A stretch of 46,872 nucleotides of DNA, taken from contig JAGGZY010000050.1 in assembly GCA_021161775.1 (NCBI GenBank), positions 1 to 46,872 of the forward strand. Direction: 5' to 3'. The notes beneath the pieces were generated by a model, which was given only the letters and a program-made list of their open reading frames with translations, was not told where the DNA came from and ran no database searches. Source of the DNA: Dehalococcoidales bacterium (GTDB lineage: Bacteria > Chloroflexota > Dehalococcoidia > Dehalococcoidales > UBA5760). Of this stretch, positions 17,787-26,634 are shown one piece after another (position 1 is the stretch's first letter; each line of letters opens with the position of its first letter). A program made the translations under genes and the position numbers.

Positions 17787-17837
17787 ATATAATCAATAGC
17801 ATTTTGTCATCATCTTAGGGGATGGCTATCGGCATTC

Positions 17838-17912
17838 TTTATAAAATCTTCACGCCATCTTTAGGTAATCTTTATTGTTTTTATACCGGTCTTTATAGCC
17901 GTGGATTATCTT
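17838..17912 (+). promoter_or_regulatory. Phased-box promoter, copy 3 (diverged)
   Basis: TTTA/TTCA at 17838, 17849, 17860, 17871, 17880, 17892 and -10 TATCTT at 17907, same register as copies 1 and 2. Confidence 0.65.
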
Positions 17913-17935
17913 AGAGAAAGAAAGGAGATAGTGAG

Positions 17936-18034
17936 ATGGTAAGAAAGATAATTAATGCCCCCCTTCCGATTAGGTTGCTGATCTCGATTGGTGCCGGGAT
18001 TACCGCCGCCTTCATAAGTTATCTGCTGGGTTAG
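17936..18034 (+). CDS. Small single-TM peptide (32 aa)
   Basis: AAGGAG RBS; MVRKIINAPLPIRLLISIGAGITAAFISYLLG; directly behind promoter copy 3. Confidence 0.55.
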   Translation: MVRKIINAPLPIRLLISIGAGITAAFISYLLG

Positions 18035-18217
18035 GCTGACTATACCTCGGAGCCTACTCCATAAAATCTTAAGGGTATGGTTAGCCTTAATCCCAAGGAG
18101 TCAGAATCCCTCTCGGTCGGCTGTCATTCCAGATTGCTAGTAATTGTTGACACCAGTAGCCGTTTTATGTTATTAATGCTTTAATAAAGTGATATTCATT
18201 GTGTAGCGTGAGGGATT

Positions 18218-18445
18218 ATGGCACCTTTGGAGGATTATCTTAATGTGATAGAGGCGGCTCGCCGTCTTTCGGTTCATCCTGAGACCGTAAAACGATTATG
18301 TCGGCAGGGAGACCTAAAGGCAACTAAAATCCACAATACCTGGCTTATCCGGCGGACTGTTCTCAAGGATTTCGCGGTTAGCTATGTTCCTCGACGTGGT
18401 GCTAGAAAGAAATTAATAAAGGCAGAAAGACAAAGAGAAGATTAA
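18218..18445 (+). CDS. HTH_17 (excisionase/MerR-like) DNA-binding protein
   Basis: YLNVIEAARRLSVHPETVKRLCRQGDLKATKIHNTWLI; TTGACA at 18147. Confidence 0.85.
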   Translation: MAPLEDYLNVIEAARRLSVHPETVKRLCRQGDLKATKIHNTWLIRRTVLKDFAVSYVPRRGARKKLIKAERQRED

Positions 18446-18490
18446 ATCTATCCTTCTCGTAGGTAAGAGCCTAAAGAGGGCATAGCCCAG

Positions 18491-20035
18491 GTGAAAAATA
18501 GTAGAATCCTTGGTAGTTTAGCGACTGTTGGTAGCCTAGTGTTGTTGATATCCTTCATGCTGCCTACCCCGGCTTTAGCGGCGCCGGTAGTTACCCTGTC
18601 TCCCAGTTCCGGCTCACCGGGAACCAGGATTACTGTAACCGGGACAAACTTCGAATCCTATCTGAATGATACTGTTTCTATCTTCTTTGGCGGTGAGAAA
18701 ATCGATACTCTGGTGGTTACTGAGGGCGGGGCTTTCACCACCAGTTTTGATGTTCCGGATAATGTCTCGCCGGGCAAGGTTTATGTTACTGTTAGGGACG
18801 AGCGGAGTAGTCAGCTGGGTGATAGAATACCCTTTGTTGTTCTGGAGCCTAAAATTGAGTTAAGCCCAGCTTATGGTATCGTGGGCACTACGGTAAATGT
18901 CAGTGGCAAGGGCTTTTACGCTGGGGAGGCGGTAGCCCTTCATTACTATCGGGGTAGTAGTCGGGCTAGTCTAGGTACGGAGATAGCCAGTTCCTCCGGG
19001 GAGTTTAGTGGTACCTTCGTCATTCCTGAAAGCATGGTGGGGGAGCATAAAATTATGGCTAAGGACTCCCGGAGTGGCTTGGCGGAGGCTGAGTTTAAAG
19101 TGGTCCCTTCGCTTACCATCGGCTCATCATCAGGAGCTATTGGGGATAAGATAATGATGAGCGGTGCCGGTTTTGGTAATGAGGATGTCGGCATTTATCT
19201 TAATGATGTTCCGGTGGCAATAGGCACTACTGACCAGTATGGAGGCTTTAAGGCTACCTTTAATATCCCGGTGATGGAGTCGGGTATTTATGATATTAAG
19301 GCTGAGGACAATGATCAAAACATAGCCAGGGTAAAATTCACCGTAGTCGCCCAGGCTAGCCTTAGCCAGTCCACCGGTGCGGTTGGTATGCCGCTCACCG
19401 TTAGTGGTATTGGGTTCGCCGGGGCTAGGTCAATTACGGTTATCTATGATGACAGAGATGTAGCTACAGCAGTAACCGATAATAATGGGGTCTTTCAGAC
19501 TACTTTTAATGTTCCAGCTAGCCTTAGTGGTGGTCATATTATAACTATTAGTGACGGGGTGAGTACCATAAAGTGTTCCTTCACTATGGAAGCCGAGCCG
19601 CCGCCGGTGGTGGAATTACTATTACCCGAAGATGGAACCAAAATCAAAGCGAGTAAAGAAGGGATTAATTTTGACTGGGAGGATGTTAGCGACCCCAGTG
19701 GGGTAACTTATACCCTTCAGGTGGCAAATAAAGGCAGTTTCTCTTCATCTTCTATCGTGCTGGAAGAGGCCGGGCTTACTGATTCTGAGTTCAGTGTTGC
19801 TGAGGAGGGGGGGCTGGGTCCCAGCAGTAAAGAAGCCCCCCATTACTGGAGGGTAAGGGCTACCGATGGTGCCTCTAATGAGGGTGATTGGACAGAGGCA
19901 AGGTCTTTCTACATTAGCTCTTCGTTCACCCTACCGGGTAAGGCTAAGAATGCGTTAATCGGGGTTGGTGTCGGGGCAGCGGTTTTCTTTGGTTTCTGGT
20001 TGGGACGAAGAACTGCCTATTCCCGACGGGTATAA
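18491..20035 (+). CDS. IPT/TIG Ig-like repeat surface protein with FN3-like domain and C-terminal TM anchor
   Basis: Signal peptide ALA|A; repeats SPSSG..GT.ITV.G..F...G.F...F.VP; HYWRVRATD; TM helix plus basic tail. Confidence 0.8.
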   Translation: MKNSRILGSLATVGSLVLLISFMLPTPALAAPVVTLSPSSGSPGTRITVTGTNFESYLNDTVSIFFGGEKIDTLVVTEGGAFTTSFDVPDNVSPGKVYVTVRDERSSQLGDRIPFVVLEPKIELSPAYGIVGTTVNVSGKGFYAGEAVALHYYRGSSRASLGTEIASSSGEFSGTFVIPESMVGEHKIMAKDSRSGLAEAEFKVVPSLTIGSSSGAIGDKIMMSGAGFGNEDVGIYLNDVPVAIGTTDQYGGFKATFNIPVMESGIYDIKAEDNDQNIARVKFTVVAQASLSQSTGAVGMPLTVSGIGFAGARSITVIYDDRDVATAVTDNNGVFQTTFNVPASLSGGHIITISDGVSTIKCSFTMEAEPPPVVELLLPEDGTKIKASKEGINFDWEDVSDPSGVTYTLQVANKGSFSSSSIVLEEAGLTDSEFSVAEEGGLGPSSKEAPHYWRVRATDGASNEGDWTEARSFYISSSFTLPGKAKNALIGVGVGAAVFFGFWLGRRTAYSRRV

Positions 20036-20154
20036 TGGTGTAAGTCGATAGGTAAATCGGTTACAATGATAGGAAAGACCCCCTGTAAAAATAGTTTATT
20101 TTCCTTTATAATGTAATCTCGTAGGCTAAGGAAATAGAGAAGGCAGGTTTATAA

Positions 20155-21843
20155 GTGAAGCGTACTAAGATTTTTCAGATACTGACCCTGACAGCGGCTC
20201 TGTCGCTCTTTATTATGGCTATTCCGGCGGCACCGGCACTGGCTGCGGAGAGTATTAATCTCTCCCCGAGTAGTGGTGAGATTGATGAGAGTGTTACTAT
20301 TACTGGCGCTGGTTTCAATGATACTAAAATAGCTGCCACTATCTATTTCTCCAGTAATGATGCTGATGTCGGTGATGAGATTGATGATGAGGTTACTGCC
20401 TATGAGCTGATAAGAACCAGGACAATAAGTCCTAGTGGGACAATAAGCTATACCTTTCATGTGCCCTCAGCGCTTACCGACGGTGATGATGAGGAAGATG
20501 TAATCGGTGGTGATTACTTTGTCTATGTTACCTATGAGGGGGAGGATGAGATACAGGCAGTTGAAGACTTCACCGTAAGGGGTATTACCCTGAGTGATGA
20601 AGAGGGCCCGGTGGGTAGTGAGGTGGGTATCACCGCGATTGGCTTTACCAAGAATAAGTACTTTGATATTGAGTATGCTGGTGATGACCTGGATAGTGAT
20701 TATATTGTGCACAGCGAAGGACAGACCAGCCGCTATGATGGGAAGACCGACCGGCATGGTGAGATTGCTGAAGGGGATTGTATTATCAGCATTCCCGAGA
20801 GCGTTGCTGGTGAGCATACCATAGTAGTTAAGGATAGGTCTAACAAGGAGGCTTCGGCTATCTTTTTTGTTATCCCACAGGTGACTACGGATGTTACCTC
20901 AGGGGTAGTTGGTGATAGTATTGCGATTACCGGTACCGGCTTCGGAAGCAGTTTAGAGGTGGCGATTACCTTTAATAATGTTGCTGTAGCTAGCGATGAG
21001 ACTGATAGCAACGGTGGTTTCAGTACCATCTTTACCGTGCCTGATGTATCAGATGGTAGCTATAATATTAAGGCGAAGGATGAGGATAATAATCATGCTA
21101 CGGTTGAATTTACCGTAGAGACTAGTATTACTGCCAGTATCAGCCCGGCTACCTCTCAGGCGTCGCCGGGGCATGTTGGCTCTCATATAATGGTTACCGG
21201 AACCGGGTTTGGGGACTGGGAGTCAGTTACTATCAAGTATGATAATATCGCTATCGCTACGGCTATAGTGGATGCTAACGGAGCGATTAATACTACCTTT
21301 GATATCCCGGCTAGTCAGGCGGGTAATCATGTTATTTCTATTGCTGATGCTGATGGCACCAATATAGTAACCGCCGGCTCCTTCGTTATGGAGTCAGCGG
21401 CGCCAGCTGTACCGGAGCTGCTATCGCCGGAGGATGATGGTCAGGCTGAGGCACTGGCATCCTTTGATTGGGGGAGTGTTAGTGACCCCAGTGGGGTAAC
21501 TTATACCCTTCAGGTGGCAAATAAAGACAGCTTCTCCTCGTCTTCTATTCTCCTTGAGAAGACCGGGCTTGCCGATTCTGAGTACACTATCACCAGGGAG
21601 GCCGATGCCTTGGAGCCAACTGAGGAGAATAAGCCTTATTACTGGAGGGTGAAGGCTATCGATGGCACCTCTAGCGAGAGTGATTGGTCCACTGCCGGCT
21701 CATTTTATATTGCGACAGTAGCTCCGGGTCACGGACTGCCGGGTAAGTCTAGTAAGCTGATCCATCTGTGGTGGGGATTAGGGGCGACCGCCGCTGGTTT
21801 CATTGGCTATTATGTCGGCAAAAAAAGGAGCTATTACTATTAA
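20155..21843 (+). CDS. IPT/TIG Ig-like repeat surface protein, paralog 2 (acidic)
   Basis: Same architecture as 18491..20035; YYWRVKAID; C-terminal TM helix. Confidence 0.8.
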   Translation: MKRTKIFQILTLTAALSLFIMAIPAAPALAAESINLSPSSGEIDESVTITGAGFNDTKIAATIYFSSNDADVGDEIDDEVTAYELIRTRTISPSGTISYTFHVPSALTDGDDEEDVIGGDYFVYVTYEGEDEIQAVEDFTVRGITLSDEEGPVGSEVGITAIGFTKNKYFDIEYAGDDLDSDYIVHSEGQTSRYDGKTDRHGEIAEGDCIISIPESVAGEHTIVVKDRSNKEASAIFFVIPQVTTDVTSGVVGDSIAITGTGFGSSLEVAITFNNVAVASDETDSNGGFSTIFTVPDVSDGSYNIKAKDEDNNHATVEFTVETSITASISPATSQASPGHVGSHIMVTGTGFGDWESVTIKYDNIAIATAIVDANGAINTTFDIPASQAGNHVISIADADGTNIVTAGSFVMESAAPAVPELLSPEDDGQAEALASFDWGSVSDPSGVTYTLQVANKDSFSSSSILLEKTGLADSEYTITREADALEPTEENKPYYWRVKAIDGTSSESDWSTAGSFYIATVAPGHGLPGKSSKLIHLWWGLGATAAGFIGYYVGKKRSYYY

Positions 21844-21912
21844 TTAGCTTCTCCGGGCGCTCCGTGGTGAGTGTGGGGTGGTAGTTTTAACCAGCAGTGC
21901 CAAGGCTTATTA
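21805..21912 (+). repeat. Degenerate direct repeat, left copy (IPT gene end plus relic of terL end)
   Basis: ggctattatgtcggc...taattagctt...cgtggtgagt...tttaaccagcagtgcca recurs at 24713-24819. Confidence 0.85.
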
Positions 21913-21982
21913 TCTGGTTGGGGTGATGCTGTCTCTTCTTGAAAATTTGTCTCCTCGGCATTTTATTTCCCAGCAAAGGGCG

Positions 21983-22012
21983 TTGACAGAGCGCTTCCTT
22001 AGATGATACACT
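21983..22012 (+). promoter_or_regulatory. sigma70 promoter of acs
   Basis: TTGACA, 18 bp, TACACT with extended TG. Confidence 0.6.
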
Positions 22013-22088
22013 TTGCTTGCGAGATCAACAAAAACACTGTTTACTGAGGCGGCTTGATAGAGCCTGTCTTGAGGAAAATTGAAGGAGT

Positions 22089-24062
22089 TTGAACTTGGAA
22101 AAGCCGACAACTATCACCTCTATGATGGCAGAGGGAAAAGTCATCAACCCACCCGAGAAGCTCAGCAAAGAGGCCTACATCAAGAGCATGGCCGAATACA
22201 AGGAGATCTACCAACAGTCCATTGCTGACCCCGAAGCGTTCTGGGGGAAAATGGCGGAGCAGCTGGACTGGTTCAAGAAATGGGACAGGGTAGCGGTGGA
22301 CAATTTCAAAGAGGGCAAGCACGAGTGGTTCGTGGGTGGCAAGCTCAATGTCAGCTACAACTGCCTGGACAGGCACCTCAATAGCTGGAGAAAAAACAAG
22401 GCGGCGCTGGTCTGGGAGGGAGACATCGGCGACAGCAAGACCCTCACTTACCAGGAGCTGTATCATCAGGTAAGTAAATTCGCTAATGTCCTCAAAAAGC
22501 ATGGGGTAAAGAAGGGTGACAGAGTTACTGTCTATCTACCTATGATTCTGGAGCTGCCCATCGCTATGCTAGCCTGTGCCCGTATCGGTGCCATTCACAA
22601 CGTCGTTTTCGGTGGCTTTAGTGCCGATGCTCTACGAGACAGAATGCTGGACTGCGACTCCACGTTTCTCATATGCTCCGATGGTTACTATCGCAGCGGA
22701 AAGGTAATCAAGAGTAAAGTTAATGCCGACCAGGCACTTAAGAACTGCCCTAAGGTAAAGGATGTCATTGTGGTAAGGCGGGCAGGCAACAGCATAGATA
22801 TAAAGGAGGGGCGTGATCACTGGTGGCATGATGAGATAAATGATGAGGACATCGCGCCGACCTGTGAACCGGAGGCTATGGATTCCGAGGACCCGCTTTT
22901 CATCCTGTACACCAGCGGCAGCACCGGAAAACCCAAGGGGGTGCTCCATACTCAAGCCGGCTATCTCCTCTATGCCTATCAGACAACCAAGTGGATATTT
23001 GATATAAAGGATGACGACACTTACTGGTGCACCGCAGACATTGGCTGGGTGACTGGCCACAGCTACATCGTGTACGGCCCTCTAGCTCTGGGAACAACTA
23101 GCCTGATGTTCGAGGGTGTGCCCAGCTACCCCCACCCCGACAGATTCTGGGAAATCGTGGAGAAATATAGGGTCAACATCTTCTACACTGCTCCTACTGC
23201 CATCCGAGCCATAATGAGAGAGGGGGATAGGTGGCCGAACAAGCGTGACCTGAGCAGTCTGCGTATTCTGGGAACAGTCGGTGAGCCAATCAACCCTGAT
23301 GTCTGGATGTGGTATTACAGCGTAATCGGGCATAATAATTGCCCGGTTGTCGATACCTGGTGGCAGACAGAGACTGGCGGTATTGTAATTACTCCGCTGC
23401 CTGGTGCTGGGCCCCTTAAACCGGGGTCAGCCTCATTGCCCTTCCCTGGCATCTTGCCGGCGGTGCTGAGAGAAAACGGTACTGAAGCCGACACTAACGA
23501 GGGCGGTTACCTGGTAATCAAGAAGCCCTGGCCCGGATTGATGCGGGGAGTCTACGGTGATCCGAAGAGGTTTAAAGAAACCTATTTCACCCGGTTCCCC
23601 GGCGTATATACCGCCGGAGATGGAGCTAGAGTAGATGAAGATGGCTATTACTGGTTGATGGGCCGCATAGACGATGTTATCAATGTCTCGGGCCACCGTA
23701 TAGGAACCGCTGAGGTTGAGAGTGCTCTGGTATCCCATGAACTGGTGGCAGAGGCTGCCGTTGTCGGTATGCCTCACGACATCAAGGGGCAGGGAATATA
23801 TGCCTTCGTTACCCTGAAGACCGGCGTGGAGAAGAATGATGCCCTAAAGAAGGAGCTGGTTACTCATGTCCGCAAGGAGATTGGCCCCATAGCTGCCCCA
23901 GATAAGATTCAATTTGCTGACGGCCTACCCAAGACCAGAAGTGGCAAGATTATGAGACGGATACTAACCAAGATTGCCGCTGGTAAGACCAGCGAGATGG
24001 GCGATACCAGCACCCTGGCTGACCCATCAGTGGTTACCACTCTGGTGGAGGGGAGTCGATAA
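22089..24062 (+). CDS. acs: Acetyl-CoA synthetase (AMP-forming)
   Basis: [45 protein letters not shown]. Confidence 0.97.
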   Translation: MNLEKPTTITSMMAEGKVINPPEKLSKEAYIKSMAEYKEIYQQSIADPEAFWGKMAEQLDWFKKWDRVAVDNFKEGKHEWFVGGKLNVSYNCLDRHLNSWRKNKAALVWEGDIGDSKTLTYQELYHQVSKFANVLKKHGVKKGDRVTVYLPMILELPIAMLACARIGAIHNVVFGGFSADALRDRMLDCDSTFLICSDGYYRSGKVIKSKVNADQALKNCPKVKDVIVVRRAGNSIDIKEGRDHWWHDEINDEDIAPTCEPEAMDSEDPLFILYTSGSTGKPKGVLHTQAGYLLYAYQTTKWIFDIKDDDTYWCTADIGWVTGHSYIVYGPLALGTTSLMFEGVPSYPHPDRFWEIVEKYRVNIFYTAPTAIRAIMREGDRWPNKRDLSSLRILGTVGEPINPDVWMWYYSVIGHNNCPVVDTWWQTETGGIVITPLPGAGPLKPGSASLPFPGILPAVLRENGTEADTNEGGYLVIKKPWPGLMRGVYGDPKRFKETYFTRFPGVYTAGDGARVDEDGYYWLMGRIDDVINVSGHRIGTAEVESALVSHELVAEAAVVGMPHDIKGQGIYAFVTLKTGVEKNDALKKELVTHVRKEIGPIAAPDKIQFADGLPKTRSGKIMRRILTKIAAGKTSEMGDTSTLADPSVVTTLVEGSR

Positions 24063-24117
24063 AAAACGGTAGCCCCCGGTAATAATTCACTAATCAATAA
24101 ATGGAGGTTATTTCAGC

Positions 24118-24681
24118 GTGTCAAAAGATGATGTAGTATGGGCAAACCCAGGTGCTCTAGGATTAGCTGGCTTCGGTTTTAATACTATTCTGTTGAATAT
24201 ACATAATGTTGGTTTGATGCCCAACACTATGCCCCTGATTTGGGGGTTCTTCTGGGGGGGGATGGCTCAGGTTATCGCTGGAATAATCGATGCTCGGCGA
24301 GGAGACACCTTTGGCTTGACTGCATTCACATCCTACGGTGTTTTCTGGATAGGTCTTGCCTTCGCTTTCTTCCTGCAATGGAGGGGTCTGGTCACCATTG
24401 ATAATGCCAGCATGGCCTGGACGATGGTAGTCTGGGGCATATTCACCGGCTACATGACAGCTGGCACTGTGAAAATATCCAAGATACATATAATTATATT
24501 TGCTTCGCTAACACTACTCTTTGGTCTGCTGGCAGCACACTTCTTTGGTGTTTTACCAGCCCATGTTGCCGGAGGAGTGGGGATATTCGTCGGTGGTTCA
24601 GCAGTTTATGCCTCAGCAGCAATAATCATGAACGACAAATACGGACGCTGGGTACTCCCTATCGGGCTGGCTAAGAAGTAG
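24118..24681 (+). CDS. satP: Acetate uptake transporter (GPR1/FUN34/YaaH family)
   Basis: ANPGALGLAGF signature, GGMAQ, TAFTSYGVFW; about 6 TM helices. Confidence 0.9.
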   Translation: MSKDDVVWANPGALGLAGFGFNTILLNIHNVGLMPNTMPLIWGFFWGGMAQVIAGIIDARRGDTFGLTAFTSYGVFWIGLAFAFFLQWRGLVTIDNASMAWTMVVWGIFTGYMTAGTVKISKIHIIIFASLTLLFGLLAAHFFGVLPAHVAGGVGIFVGGSAVYASAAIIMNDKYGRWVLPIGLAKK

Positions 24682-24712
24682 CAATAACCGGCTGGAAACC
24701 GTTGTTATCAGA

Positions 24713-24819
24713 GGCTATTATGTCGGCGAAAAGGAAGCTAATTAATAGTAATTAGCTTCCTTTGGCGTTTCGTGGTGAGTATTGGGTGGCGGCTTTAACC
24801 AGCAGTGCCAGGCTCATCA
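24713..24819 (+). repeat. Degenerate direct repeat, right copy (relic of IPT gene end plus terL end)
   Basis: Aligns with 21805-21912 at roughly 80% by eye. Confidence 0.85.
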
Positions 24820-26122
24820 GGAAATCGTCGTGTCCCTGGATAGGGTCAACACCAAAGCTCATTGTCTGGTTGGGGTGGTACTGGCTTTTCGCCCTCTCCA
24901 TCTCCCGCCAGAACTCCTGCTCCTCTGCTGAGCTATCCCCGGCGTACATTTTCAGTCGGCCCGAGTTAATCGCTGCCAGCAGGTTAAAACCGAGGGCTGA
25001 TTTTGACTGCGCTGTGAAGGTAAACGGCAACACCTTTGAACCCAGGGCTTGCCTGAGGAACGAGCTTACCGGTTGGCCCATCCCGGTAGCATCAACTACT
25101 ATCTTGCGACAGTGCCAGATATTTTTCAGAATGTCAATCAGCTGGGGATAAAGCTCGCTATATTTCTTCCCTGTCCACCAGTAGTGCTCCACAATATTAA
25201 TCGTGGGTTGCTTAATCAGCTCACTACAGCTGGAAAAGTTCAGTTCCCCGATAGTAACTACCGTAGCATCCCGACTGGATTGGGCTTTTCCTTCCTCAGT
25301 CTCCCCGGCAAGGTCAATACCGGCGAGGTAAATCTTGCCTGATTCAGGCTGGTGTTGCCGGGGATGCCGTCCGCTTAGCTGAGCCAGCTGCTGGTGGTTG
25401 AGGTAACCCCCGCCGCTATGGACAGGTAACAGTCGGTATTGGGTGAGGAAAAGGGGGTGGTTCTCCCCCAGCCGCTGACGCTCGGCATTAACATAACTCA
25501 GGTAATCAGGGTTATATTTGGCTACTGCCTGCCAGTCATAGCGGAAGTGACGCCTAATGCCGTCTTTTCTCTCCAGTTCCAGATTGGAATTCTTTATCTC
25601 TTCCAGCAAGGTTGAGCTATCCCAGGTGGTTCCGTAGTGAACGGTGGTAACATTGCTGGTAGCTCCCATCGGCTTGAACTCTTTATTATATTTTTCCCGA
25701 CTGACGTCCTGGGACTCGTCTATCTCGAGCAGTATATGTGCGGTGTTGCCGACTACATTGGCGGACTTATCTGCCGATAGAAAGATAGCCCTGGTATTTC
25801 CTAGCCTGATGATATAGCCCAGCTCGCTTACCCATAGTCCGTTAAAACCGGCGTCATTGAGTCGGTCCTTGAGCCTCATTATGGAGATAACGGTCTGTGG
25901 CTTAAAGGTGGGGGAGCACTTGATTAGATTTTGGGGCTTGGTCATATACAGGGTAAGAAGTAGCAGTTCCAGCTGAGCCGAGAGCTCATTCTTGCCCCCC
26001 TGTCGGGCAATCTCTACGGAGAAGGTGAGCCCCTTCCTGCTGAAGATACTGTCGAGTATCGCCAGCGCCACCTCTTTTTGATAGGGCCTGAGTCGGTTGA
26101 TTGAAGATGAGGGGTTAGTCAC
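24752..26122 (-). CDS. terL: Terminase large subunit (probable GTG start 26122; ORF open to 26179)
   Basis: LRPYQ, Walker A ARQGGKNE, Walker B LLEIDE, nuclease GIDLAG / VDATGMG / HDDFLMSLAL. Confidence 0.9.
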   Translation of the reverse strand: MTNPSSSINRLRPYQKEVALAILDSIFSRKGLTFSVEIARQGGKNELSAQLELLLLTLYMTKPQNLIKCSPTFKPQTVISIMRLKDRLNDAGFNGLWVSELGYIIRLGNTRAIFLSADKSANVVGNTAHILLEIDESQDVSREKYNKEFKPMGATSNVTTVHYGTTWDSSTLLEEIKNSNLELERKDGIRRHFRYDWQAVAKYNPDYLSYVNAERQRLGENHPLFLTQYRLLPVHSGGGYLNHQQLAQLSGRHPRQHQPESGKIYLAGIDLAGETEEGKAQSSRDATVVTIGELNFSSCSELIKQPTINIVEHYWWTGKKYSELYPQLIDILKNIWHCRKIVVDATGMGQPVSSFLRQALGSKVLPFTFTAQSKSALGFNLLAAINSGRLKMYAGDSSAEEQEFWREMERAKSQYHPNQTMSFGVDPIQGHDDFLMSLALLVKAATQYSPRNAKGS

Positions 26123-26132
26123 TATTTGCCTG

Positions 26133-26501
26133 CTATTTGATAATATTAGTCCCGATACCGAGCCCCAGTGGCAGGGCAATATCCCTGAGGACGTTACCTA
26201 CTGCCTCCTTGAGCCCCTTCTTATCGTTCTTACTGATGTTGTACCTCGTCCCCACCAGTCGGGACAGGGTAGTGATTGCCTGCATAATGAGATTGATGTT
26301 ATCCGGGTCGTGGGTGATGAGGGACTTTATCTTGACCCTCAGCAGGGCAATTTCATCATCAATACCCTCTACCTTGGTGGCTAACTCAAAGTCTCGTTGT
26401 TCGGTTTCGTCAAGGACCTTGGAGTAAAAGCCGTGCTTTCTGGCGTACTGATTACCCTTGGGAGCGCCCCGTTTATTCTCGGTTTTAATGGTTGACTTCA
26501 T
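26133..26501 (-). CDS. terS: Terminase small subunit-like protein (start revised from 26540)
   Basis: GAPKGNQYARKHGFYS motif; DEIALLRVKI; directly upstream of terL; AGGAG before ATG 26501. Confidence 0.72.
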   Translation of the reverse strand: MKSTIKTENKRGAPKGNQYARKHGFYSKVLDETEQRDFELATKVEGIDDEIALLRVKIKSLITHDPDNINLIMQAITTLSRLVGTRYNISKNDKKGLKEAVGNVLRDIALPLGLGIGTNIIK

Positions 26502-26540
26502 CTTGGTGCTGACTCCTGAACTGGCTAGCTGGAATTTCAT

Positions 26541-26558
26541 AATAGCACAAATGTTCTA
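26541..26558 (-). promoter_or_regulatory. LexA-like box over extended -10 promoter of terS-terL
   Basis: Minus strand TAGAAC-ATTT-GTGCTATT with TGcTATTAT -10. Confidence 0.72.
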
Positions 26559-26634
26559 GGCAATCTAGCCGGGTTTGTCATATTTTGTCGAGACTGGCTA
26601 AATTGATATTGTGGCACGGTCATTATAGAATGGG

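Noticed and set aside
17734-17802. Upstream starts called at 17802, 26540 and 3181
   Set aside because: These extensions overlap or abut the promoter/operator elements; the downstream ATGs fit an RBS or leaderless context better.
18218-18445. Excisionase as proof of a mobile element
   Set aside because: HTH_17 domains are common stand-alone regulators, and no recombinase is nearby.
21805-24819. attL/attR sites or IS target-site duplication
   Set aside because: The repeat is long, degenerate and made of two gene ends; there is no transposase, integrase or terminal inverted repeat.
9769-26540. Intact inducible prophage
   Set aside because: No integrase, att pair, replication module, tape measure or endolysin; host genes interleave. 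A degraded prophage is not fully excluded.
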